A stretch of DNA of 64,000 nucleotides from an uncultured Bacteroidales bacterium (GTDB lineage Bacteria > Bacteroidota > Bacteroidia > Bacteroidales > JAGOPY01). The notes below the pieces were generated by a model, which had not been told where the DNA came from, ran no database searches, and saw nothing but the letters and a program-made list of their open reading frames with translations. Of this stretch, positions 56,241 through 64,000 are shown in pieces; within the stretch, counting starts at the first letter, position 1, and every line of letters begins with the position of its first letter. The stretch lies in contig CAWBCI010000073.1 in assembly GCA_963787195.1 (NCBI GenBank), forward strand, positions 18,582-82,581, given 5' to 3'. The translations under genes and the position numbers were made by a program.

Positions 56241-57170
56241 ATGAAAAGACGGGATTTTATCAGGAAAGGTATAGGAGCTGCTGCTCTTACAGGAAGTGCG
56301 GCTTTTATGCCGTCTTATGCGCGGCTCTTTGCTCGTCCACTATTAATAAATCCGCCTCTTCCTTATGATATGGTTGCAATCAAAGGTGGAGAGCCAGAGC
56401 TTATGTTCGATGAGGCCATCAAAGCTATGGGGGGAATGCAAGCTTTTGTGAAACAAGGCCAGAAAGTCCTCCTGAAACCAAATATTGGCTGGGATGTGAG
56501 TGTCGACAGGGCAGGAAATACCAATCCCAAACTCGTTCAAAGGGTTATTCAACACTGTTTTGAAGCCGGCGCCAAACAGGTTTATGTATTCGATAATACA
56601 TGTGACCAGTGGGACCGCTGTTATTCCAACAGCGGCATTGAGAAAGCGGTTAAAGATGCCGGTGGAACCATTGTTCCCGGAAATACCGAGACTTATTATC
56701 AGGAAGTGGATATCCCCGGTGGAAAAAAACTGAAAAACGCTAAAGTTCATGAACTTGTGCTGGATAGCGATGTTTTCATCAATATGCCCATTCTTAAACA
56801 CCATAGCTCAGGAAGATTAACTGTGACCATGAAAAATCTTATGGGTGTCGTCTGGGACAGGCGTTACTGGCATAAGAACGATTTGCAGCAATGCATAGCT
56901 GATTATGCTACTTTCCATAAAAAGCCCACCCTCAATATAGTGGATGCATACAGGGTTATGACCAAGAACGGGCCCAGAGGGATTTCCGATGCAGATGTGG
57001 CTTTGATGAAATCCCAAATCATCACGACCGACATGGTAGCAGCCGATGCTGCCTCCGCCAAGATGTTCGGGATAGAACCGGCTGATGTCCCATACATTAC
57101 AATGGCAGCATCCATGGGAGTTGGAACCATGGACCTTGAAAAGTTGAACATTCACCGGATAATCATGTGA
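56241..57170 (+). CDS. DUF362 domain protein with twin-arginine (Tat) signal
   Basis: The N-terminus is MKRRDFIRKGIGAAALTGSAAF. The DUF362 core includes LLKPNIGW and MPILKHH. Confidence 0.7.
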   Translation: MKRRDFIRKGIGAAALTGSAAFMPSYARLFARPLLINPPLPYDMVAIKGGEPELMFDEAIKAMGGMQAFVKQGQKVLLKPNIGWDVSVDRAGNTNPKLVQRVIQHCFEAGAKQVYVFDNTCDQWDRCYSNSGIEKAVKDAGGTIVPGNTETYYQEVDIPGGKKLKNAKVHELVLDSDVFINMPILKHHSSGRLTVTMKNLMGVVWDRRYWHKNDLQQCIADYATFHKKPTLNIVDAYRVMTKNGPRGISDADVALMKSQIITTDMVAADAASAKMFGIEPADVPYITMAASMGVGTMDLEKLNIHRIIM

Positions 57171-57174
57171 AATA

Positions 57175-58755
57175 ATGTCGAAGGGAATTCTTAAAAAGAT
57201 AAGGGTCCTTTTGTCCCTGCTATTCTTTTTATTTATCGTATTCATTTTCCTGGATTTTTCAAACAGCACCCCGGCGAAATATATAAACGGAATACATTTC
57301 CTGCAGTTTGCACCTTCCCTTATGAAATTCATCGGCTTAATGAGCCTGGGGGCTGCCGGCTTTATTGTAGTCGTACTATTAACATTGATATTCGGAAGGA
57401 TTTACTGTTCCACTATTTGCCCACTGGGAACTCTTCAGGATATTATCTCATATATAAGACGCAGATATTTCCGTAAATTGAAAATCCGCTTTCATTATTC
57501 AAACCCCCAAAATATTTTAAGATATTCCCTGTTGGGATTAACAGTTTTGGTTGTGCTGGCTGGCAGCAGTTTCATGCTGGGTCTGCTTGACCCATTCAGT
57601 AATTTCGGAAAGATATTTCATAATCTTGCAAAACCCCTTGTAGTCGGTTTTAACAACATTCTTGCGGAAGGCTTCACTTATTTGGGTGTTTATTTTTTCT
57701 ACCCGGTAAAAATGGATCCTTTTAACTGGATCGTTACAGGTTTTTCCCTGTCTTTTTTTATCCTTGTATTTATAATGGCCTGGCGCAAGGGGAGGCTTTA
57801 CTGCAATACTATCTGTCCGGTAGGCAGCATGCTGGGACTTATTTCCAAATACTCTCTCTTCCGGATAAGACTTGATAAATCGGCCTGTACCAGTTGCGGG
57901 AAATGTGCAGTTGTATGTAAAGCTAATTGTATAGATGTGAAGGAGAAGGAAGTTGATTTCAGTCGTTGTGTGGGATGTATGAATTGTCTCATTCCATGTC
58001 CGGATAATGGGGTTAAATTCGCTCCGGCTTGGAAACAGCCAGAGATTCAAATTCTGGAATTTGATCCTTCCAAAAGGAATTTCCTGTTCCGAAGTGGATT
58101 GATGTTTGCAGGTTTTATGGGATTGAGAAAATATGGTATAGCTCAGGATACTATTCGTAAGGGTGAAATAATCCCGGGAACCTTTCCCATTTTCAGGGAA
58201 TATCCCGTGACGCCCCCCGGCTCCGTGAGCCTCGGGAGGTTTAACAAATTGTGCACTGCCTGCCATCTTTGTGTAAGCTCTTGTCCTACCCATGTGCTTC
58301 AGCCATCTTTTTTCGAATATGGTTTGCAGGGCCTGATGCAGCCTAAAATGGATTTCAATACCAGCTATTGCAATTTCGAATGTACTCTGTGTACCGAGAT
58401 TTGTCCCTCCGGAGCTCTTCTGCCACTGGCCCCGGAAGTAAAAAAGCTGACGCAGCTGGGTAAATCCAATTTTGTGAAGGAGAATTGCGTGGTTTATACC
58501 CGTAAAACTGATTGCGGCGCATGCTCGGAACATTGTCCCACTAAAGCCGTCAAAATGGTCCCTTATGAAGGAAAACTTATGATTCCCGAAGTTCATAATG
58601 AGGTTTGTGTGGGTTGCGGTGCCTGTGAGCATGCCTGTCCAACCGAGCCTAAAGCAATCTTTATCAATGGAAATCCGGTGCATCTCGAAGCTGAAAAACC
58701 AAAGGAGGGAGAAAAGCAGGAAAAAATTGACTATAAGGAAGAATTCCCTTTTTAA
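57175..58755 (+). CDS. Membrane-bound polyferredoxin (NapH/MauN-like TM part plus multiple 4Fe-4S motifs)
   Basis: The CSTICPLG and CNTICPVG motifs sit in the TM region. About six CxxCxxCxxxC(P) motifs are present. Confidence 0.75.
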   Translation: MSKGILKKIRVLLSLLFFLFIVFIFLDFSNSTPAKYINGIHFLQFAPSLMKFIGLMSLGAAGFIVVVLLTLIFGRIYCSTICPLGTLQDIISYIRRRYFRKLKIRFHYSNPQNILRYSLLGLTVLVVLAGSSFMLGLLDPFSNFGKIFHNLAKPLVVGFNNILAEGFTYLGVYFFYPVKMDPFNWIVTGFSLSFFILVFIMAWRKGRLYCNTICPVGSMLGLISKYSLFRIRLDKSACTSCGKCAVVCKANCIDVKEKEVDFSRCVGCMNCLIPCPDNGVKFAPAWKQPEIQILEFDPSKRNFLFRSGLMFAGFMGLRKYGIAQDTIRKGEIIPGTFPIFREYPVTPPGSVSLGRFNKLCTACHLCVSSCPTHVLQPSFFEYGLQGLMQPKMDFNTSYCNFECTLCTEICPSGALLPLAPEVKKLTQLGKSNFVKENCVVYTRKTDCGACSEHCPTKAVKMVPYEGKLMIPEVHNEVCVGCGACEHACPTEPKAIFINGNPVHLEAEKPKEGEKQEKIDYKEEFPF

Positions 58756-58895
58756 TCAATGAGACTCAAATTTTTCAAACGAAGTGAAGAAAAATTTTTC
58801 AGTCGAATTGATCCCGAAAAGACGAAGTCTTATTCGGGAACTTCCGGGAAAAATTCCCTCTGTATACCTCGTTGCTTGCGGCAGGGTAGTTTATT
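58756..58895 (+). repeat. Structured intergenic repeat, copy 3 of 3 (internally shortened)
   Basis: It shares the 5' extension and the GATCCCGAAAAGACGAAGTCTTATTCGGGA core with copy 2, and the ending GCAGGGTAGTTTAT. The end overlaps the stop codon of 58891..59403. Confidence 0.75.
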
Positions 58896-59494
58896 TTCCC
58901 TTCCTGAAATCATGAAACAGGCTGAATGAAGGAAAGATCGAATTCTTCTGTGGATTCCTGAAATACCCTTCACTTACGCTTTTCACATCCTCTATTGTAT
59001 AAAAAGCATTCGGATTATGTGAATGAATTATTTCCAGCACTTCATTCAGGTGTTTCCTCTTTATGATCATCAGTAACATTTGGGATTTTCCGGTCATACC
59101 TTCAATGTCAACAGCTGAGACTCCGAAATTCGCCTCCCTTAGGTGATTTATTAGAGCTGATGTGTCTTTTTTGGGAATGACCCTGAGTACCACGGCCCCC
59201 AATGACATTTTTTGCTCGAGATATATTCCGAAGTAGTTTCCGGTGGCAAAACCCAGGCCATAGGCCAGATAACAAACAATATTGTCCAGGTGCTGCATTA
59301 TCTGACCGATGGCAAGCAGCCAGATTATAACCTCGAAAAAGCCCAGGATAGGAGCATATATTTTGTATCCTTTTGAGACAAATATCAATCGCAATCGTGC
59401 CAATACTCACATCCATCACCCTTGCAATAAAGATGAGAAAGGGAAGCGCTATCCAGATAAATATCCAGGAGTTCATAATTTCATTGAATTCCAT
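58891..59494 (-). pseudogene. UPF0316/DUF2179-family membrane protein split by a 1-nt frameshift
   Basis: The N-terminus (..FIARVMDVSIGT) lies in frame of 59108..59494. The remainder (ARLRLIFVSKGYK...DUF2179 part) lies in frame of 58891..59403. The junction GGCACG-A-TTGCGATTG is near 59400-59412. Confidence 0.55.
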
Positions 59495-59643
59495 AAAGTA
59501 TATTTGCTTTGATGATCAGAAACTGATCAAGTGATTTTTTTTCTAATTTAGTTTCTTGATGGCCTGAAGATGTTTTTAATGACTGATAAGGCCTTCACCC
59601 AATAAAGTCTAAATGATAAACGTTTTGAGTTAAATTCTTAACT

Positions 59644-61152
59644 GTGCAAATTTATTATAAAAAGAAGAGATGGAAGTGGCTTTTATTCGGACTGGCACTA
59701 ATCATCTTTACCCTTTCACTATGGTATACGAATATACTGGCTAGAGAAATAGCCAAAGATGAAAGGACCAATATACACATCTGGGCCAATGCTATCCACC
59801 GTAAAGCCAATCTGGTAAATTATACAAAGAAATTCTTTGACCAGATCAAGGAAGAGGAAAAGAAAAGAGCTGAAATACTCGCGGGGGCTTACCAGAATAT
59901 ACAGAATGTGGAAGATTCACCTACGCTGACTTTTTACTGGAAACTGATAGATAATAATACTACTATCCCAATAATACTGACTAATAAGGAAGGGAGGATC
60001 ATATCCTATAAGAATATCAGCGATGTAGATATGAAAAACCTCAGCATGATGACCGACAGTCTGAAGAATGTCTTTTCTTCCTTTGATCCCATCAAGATTG
60101 TTTACTATGCTAACGATTATCAATTATTGTATTTTAAGGAATCCAAGATATATACCGAGTTGCGGATGGTTCTGAATGATCTTCTTGAATCTTTTTTTTC
60201 GGAAGTGGTGGGAAATTCGGCCTCAGTTCCTGTTCTCATAACCGACAGTACACATATGAGGGTTATCGAGAGCGGGAATATTGATAAAAAGAAGCTGGAA
60301 GATAAACATTATGTGGAGTCGTTGATTTCCAAAATGTCAGGAGAAAATGACCCCATTGTAATTAACCTTCCGGAATTTGGGAAGAGCTATATTTATTATA
60401 TGGATTCTTTGCTGCTCAGGCAGATCTTATATTATCCATATGTGCAGTTTATCGTGATAGGGGTTTTTCTTATGATATCCTACCTTTTATTCAGCACTGC
60501 CCGTAAATCTGAACAGAACCTGGTCTGGATCGGGATGTCAAAAGAAACTGCACATCAGTTAGGCACGCCTCTTTCATCCATCATGGCCTGGATCGAACTG
60601 CTTAAGATCAAGGGAGGAAATGAGGAGGAGATCAGTGAGATCGAGAAGGATATCCGGCGCCTTGAAAATATCACCGAACGATTTTCCAAGATAGGTTCGC
60701 CTGCAAAGCTGGTAGAGGTAAATATTGTGGAGGTGATTCTTGAATCGATCGATTATTTGAAGATGCGTACCTCGCGTAAGGTCATATACAGCACGAATGT
60801 CAATCCCGGTCAGGTGATCATTGCACCTGTGAATATACAGCTTTTTGAATGGGTGGTGGAAAACCTATGCAAGAATGCAGTAGACGCCATGAACAATACC
60901 GGTAATATCAACATCTCTGTTACCGAGGACCCGAAAACTGTCATTATTGATTTTGAAGATACTGGCAAGGGAATCAGCAAGTCAAAGTTCAAATCTATCT
61001 TTCACCCGGGTTTTACAAGCAAAAAGCGAGGATGGGGCCTGGGTCTTTCCCTTTCGAAACGCATTATTGAGAATTACCATAAGGGTAAAATTTTCGTAAA
61101 ATCTTCTGCTCCGGATAAGGGAACAGTTTTCAGGGTGATATTGAAAAAATAG
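59644..61152 (+). CDS. Sensor histidine kinase (orphan)
   Basis: It has two TM helices and a HisKA H-box (ETAHQLGTPLSSI). The HATPase_c N, G1 and G2 boxes are NLCKNAVDAM, DTGKGI and GWGLGLS. Confidence 0.8.
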   Translation: MQIYYKKKRWKWLLFGLALIIFTLSLWYTNILAREIAKDERTNIHIWANAIHRKANLVNYTKKFFDQIKEEEKKRAEILAGAYQNIQNVEDSPTLTFYWKLIDNNTTIPIILTNKEGRIISYKNISDVDMKNLSMMTDSLKNVFSSFDPIKIVYYANDYQLLYFKESKIYTELRMVLNDLLESFFSEVVGNSASVPVLITDSTHMRVIESGNIDKKKLEDKHYVESLISKMSGENDPIVINLPEFGKSYIYYMDSLLLRQILYYPYVQFIVIGVFLMISYLLFSTARKSEQNLVWIGMSKETAHQLGTPLSSIMAWIELLKIKGGNEEEISEIEKDIRRLENITERFSKIGSPAKLVEVNIVEVILESIDYLKMRTSRKVIYSTNVNPGQVIIAPVNIQLFEWVVENLCKNAVDAMNNTGNINISVTEDPKTVIIDFEDTGKGISKSKFKSIFHPGFTSKKRGWGLGLSLSKRIIENYHKGKIFVKSSAPDKGTVFRVILKK

Positions 61153-61164
61153 TGATCTGCTTTT

Positions 61165-61205
61165 AAAAAACTCGTAGCCCGACTATAGTCGGGCTACGAG
61201 TTTTT
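61165..61205 (+). terminator. Rho-independent terminator
   Basis: The sequence is CTCGTAGCCCGAC-TATA-GTCGGGCTACGAG followed by TTTTT. Confidence 0.8.
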
Positions 61206-61346
61206 ATAAGCCAGGCATAATCAGCCAAATATAAATTCATTCTTTAAAAATATTTTTCATGAAAACTAAAAAAATAGTTGCATAACTAAAAGATTAGTTA
61301 TATATTTGTATGTGCAAAAGAAATTGGAGATTAAGCAATAAAAAAT

Positions 61347-61727
61347 TTGGCTATGAAAGAGCTTACAAAGGCGGAAGAACAGATCATGCAAGTTCTCTGG
61401 AAAATTGGGAAGGGATTCGTAAATGATGTGCTGGACCGCTTACCCAATCCCAAGCCGGCATACAATACGGTTTCTACAATTATCAGAATATTGGAGAAAA
61501 AGGAGTTTGTAGCTTATCAGGCTTTCGGGAAAGCCCATCAGTACTACCCCCGGATTTCTAAAAAAGAATATACGAGAGCGTTCATGTCCCGTTTCATGGA
61601 TAATTATTTTGGAAATTCATATAAAGAGATGGTTTCATTCTTTACCCGCGAAAATGATGTTTCACTTGAAGAATTGGAAGACATCCGCAGGATCATGACC
61701 GAGAATATTAACAAAAAAAAGCAATGA
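61347..61727 (+). CDS. BlaI/MecI/CopY family transcriptional repressor
   Basis: The winged-helix N-terminus is LTKAEEQIMQVLW. The length is 126 aa, and the gene lies directly upstream of the M56 gene. Confidence 0.85.
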   Translation: MAMKELTKAEEQIMQVLWKIGKGFVNDVLDRLPNPKPAYNTVSTIIRILEKKEFVAYQAFGKAHQYYPRISKKEYTRAFMSRFMDNYFGNSYKEMVSFFTRENDVSLEELEDIRRIMTENINKKKQ

Positions 61728-61728
61728 T

Positions 61729-63024
61729 ATGGATACTTTATTCCGCTACCTGCTTCAGTCGGCTATCAGCGTTACGGTTTTATACATTATCTATGCATCT
61801 TTCCTGAGGAAAGACACCTTTTTTTCAGTAAACCGTTTCTTCCTGCTTGGAGCCATTATATTTTCCCTGCTGCTTCCTTTGAGTGGCTTTAATTTCCTCC
61901 TGAAAGCTCCTGATACAACTTATTCATACCTCCTTCAGACAATTACCATCACACCTGAAAAAGTGAATGAAACAGTCATTCAAAACCTCTCTGTTTTCCA
62001 GGTAATGCTTGTGATTTATCTCACGGGAGTGCTTATTTTTAGTGTGAGGTTCATATACCAGATATTACAGCTAAGTCTGCTGATAAAACGTTATGGGGTT
62101 AAAAGATCTGAAGGCATGAAACTGGTCTTCATCAACCGGAATTATTCACCTTTTTCATTTTTTAATTTCATATTCCTGAATCCTGATGACATAGAACCTG
62201 ATAACCTGGATAAGATTCTGGAACATGAGAGGGTACATATCCGACAGTGGCACAGCATAGATCTGATCATACTTGAAATTTTTACCATTCTTCAATGGTT
62301 CAATCCGGTTGTCTGGTTTTATCGTCACTCTGTGAAGGGTCTTCATGAATACCTCGCGGATGAAGGAGTTATCCTGAAAGGTACGGATGTACTGAGGTAT
62401 CAGAATATATTATTGCAACAAAGCTTAGGAATACAGGTCAATGACCTTACCAATAATTTCAATCATTCATTATTAAAAAGGAGAATTATTATGATGACAA
62501 AACAAAAATCACTCAGAATTGCGCGATTAAAAACTCTTCTCGCGCTGCCAGCCATTCTGATCCTGGGGTTAATCTTCTCGGCATCAGTGACAAATCTGGC
62601 ATTCGGGCAAAGCGGACAGGCAACAAAAAGCTCAGGAGAAACTGTTCCACCACCACCGGATAAAAATATTGAACAAGCAGCCAAACCGGTTGGGGTTAGC
62701 CAGGAAAGTCAAGTTTTTATGGTAGTTGAAAACATGCCGGAATTCAAAGGAGGACAAAATGCTTTATCTAAATACATTGTTGAAAATTTAAAGTACCCTG
62801 AAGCTGCAAAGAATAATAAAATACAGGGAAGAGTATTCGTGAGCTTTATTGTGGAGAAAGATGGCTCTGTTTCTAATGTCAAAGTGCTGAGAGGCATAGG
62901 AAGTGGCTGTGATGATGAAGCCATAAGGGTTGTGAAGGGAATGCCTAAATGGACACCAGGTGAGCAACGTGGAAAAAAAGTAAGGGTTCAGTATAATCTT
63001 CCGATTAATTTTTCCTTGAAATAG
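61729..63024 (+). CDS. M56 (BlaR1-like) peptidase fused to a C-terminal TonB domain
   Basis: HERVHIRQWH is the HExxH motif. The C-terminus is MPEFKGGQNAL..YPEAAKNNKIQGRVFVSFIVEKDGSVSNVKV. Confidence 0.8.
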   Translation: MDTLFRYLLQSAISVTVLYIIYASFLRKDTFFSVNRFFLLGAIIFSLLLPLSGFNFLLKAPDTTYSYLLQTITITPEKVNETVIQNLSVFQVMLVIYLTGVLIFSVRFIYQILQLSLLIKRYGVKRSEGMKLVFINRNYSPFSFFNFIFLNPDDIEPDNLDKILEHERVHIRQWHSIDLIILEIFTILQWFNPVVWFYRHSVKGLHEYLADEGVILKGTDVLRYQNILLQQSLGIQVNDLTNNFNHSLLKRRIIMMTKQKSLRIARLKTLLALPAILILGLIFSASVTNLAFGQSGQATKSSGETVPPPPDKNIEQAAKPVGVSQESQVFMVVENMPEFKGGQNALSKYIVENLKYPEAAKNNKIQGRVFVSFIVEKDGSVSNVKVLRGIGSGCDDEAIRVVKGMPKWTPGEQRGKKVRVQYNLPINFSLK

Positions 63025-63116
63025 AAAAAGAGCCTGCAGAAAAGATTAAACTTATTTATAAGAACCTTTTAAGGCTCTTTCTTTATCATCAGTTTAACTA
63101 AAGATTTAGTTGATGC

Positions 63117-63152
63117 GATGGCATTTGATCTGTTCAGGTGCCATCTTTTTTT
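63117..63152 (+). terminator. Rho-independent terminator
   Basis: The sequence is GATGGCA-loop-TGCCATC followed by TTTTTTT. Confidence 0.6.
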
Positions 63153-63224
63153 ATTGCCGGAAAGTATGATTTTCCACTTTAAAAGCTTAGCTTAATTCAG
63201 TATTTTTGTTTTAAATTCTTAATT

Positions 63225-64000
63225 ATGAAGAAGACTTTTAGTCGTGCTATATTCATCATTATTATATCCGCTTCATTTACTTATAAAACATATTCCCAGG
63301 AAATTTTCAAAGATGCTTCCCTGAAAAAGATTTGGGAAACCGCTAAAGTTTTCAAGACTCCGGAATCGGTCTGTTATGACCCATCCCGGAATGTGCTATA
63401 TGTTTCAAATATTGACGGAAATCCTTTGGATAAAGACGGGAATGGTTTTATTTCAAAAATGACCATGAACGGAGATATTATGGAACTGAAATGGCTTAGC
63501 GGGCTGAATGCACCGAAGGGTATGGGAATCTATAAGAATTTTCTTTATGTTGCAGACATTGACAGGGTAGCACAGATTGATATTGAGAATATGATGATCC
63601 TGAGGTCTTTCATTATTCCGGATGCGAAATTTCTGAACGATATTGCAATTGATAAAAAGGGCAATGTTTTTGTCTCTGATATGCTCAGTAACCGGGTATT
63701 TAAAATTTCCGAGGGCCAAATCAGCCTGTTTATTGATGATGATCTGCTTACAAACCCAAATGGCCTGTGCGTGGATGGAGATTACCTCTATATAGGCTGC
63801 AAAAAAATTGTCAGATCCACACTGAAAAAGAAAAATTTATCGATATACCAGGATAATACAGGAAGCATTGACGGACTTGATCCTATTGGCGATGGAAGAT
63901 TCCTTTTCTCCGACTGGGAAGGTAGAGTTTACATACTTGGCCAGGACCATCAGAAGAAAATGATCCTGGACCTCACTCCCGCCAAAATGAACGCTGCTGA
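63225..64000 (+). CDS. SMP-30/gluconolactonase/LRE-like beta-propeller protein, 3' end outside window
   Basis: My own translation from the ATG at 63225 is MKKTFSRAIFIIIISASF...PESVCYDPSRNVLYVSNIDG...APKGMGIY..LYVADI..NDIAID.KGNVFVSD. The frame is open to the window end. Confidence 0.55.
   Translation, partial: MKKTFSRAIFIIIISASFTYKTYSQEIFKDASLKKIWETAKVFKTPESVCYDPSRNVLYVSNIDGNPLDKDGNGFISKMTMNGDIMELKWLSGLNAPKGMGIYKNFLYVADIDRVAQIDIENMMILRSFIIPDAKFLNDIAIDKKGNVFVSDMLSNRVFKISEGQISLFIDDDLLTNPNGLCVDGDYLYIGCKKIVRSTLKKKNLSIYQDNTGSIDGLDPIGDGRFLFSDWEGRVYILGQDHQKKMILDLTPAKMNAA

Noticed and set aside
57538-58683. A 381-aa - strand ORF.
   Set aside because: It is antisense to the polyferredoxin gene, whose Cys motifs and TM helices are convincing. 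The antisense product has no recognisable features.
61347-63024. The BlaI plus BlaR1-TonB fusion as a novel signalling system.
   Set aside because: This pairing and fusion is common in Bacteroidota genomes, and nothing about this copy looks unusual.
1-64000. A scan for tRNA, rRNA, transposase or integrase genes, prophage genes, toxin-antitoxin, restriction-modification and other defence systems.
   Set aside because: I found none that I could support from the sequence or from the ORF translations. This was a by-eye scan only, so short or divergent elements could have been missed.

Overview
The window looks like a chromosomal segment of a Bacteroidota bacterium. Supporting signs are a T9SS C-terminal sorting domain, a BlaR1-TonB fusion, a DUF4369-TlpA lipoprotein, a GH3-family gene, TAnnTTTG-type -7 boxes and no Shine-Dalgarno sites. 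Bases 1-32 kb are mostly ordinary genes: an LTD protein, a CYTH cluster with an SLC13 permease, nadA, rpiB, a lutB-like gene, mreBCD, purH, recJ and hemW. This part is interrupted by a decayed patch (25-27.6 kb) flanked by word-like intergenic repeats. I found no tRNA, rRNA, CRISPR, transposase, integrase, phage or recognisable defence genes. The standout feature lies between 32.6 and 55.4 kb. A rigid 70-bp tripartite promoter-like module occurs 13 times, with a direct repeat TTACAYAATT at exactly 21-bp spacing plus a -7-like CTTTG box 30 bp away. Every copy is intergenic and points at a downstream gene or at an ORF-less unit that ends in a terminator. The driven genes resemble a general-stress or dormancy set: YtxH, an lmo0937-type peptide, His/Lys-rich small secreted proteins, OmpA-like and DUF4382 proteins, a baeRF-like protein, cupin, transaldolase with RpiB and glycogen phosphorylase, MlaEFD with an Omp85-like protein, and an ice-binding-like protein. 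At least five module-driven units have no credible ORF and are candidate sRNAs. An AraC-family regulator borders the cluster and is a candidate, unproven, regulator. A structured ~130-170-bp repeat is present in three copies, and one copy supplies the 3' end of a radical-SAM gene.
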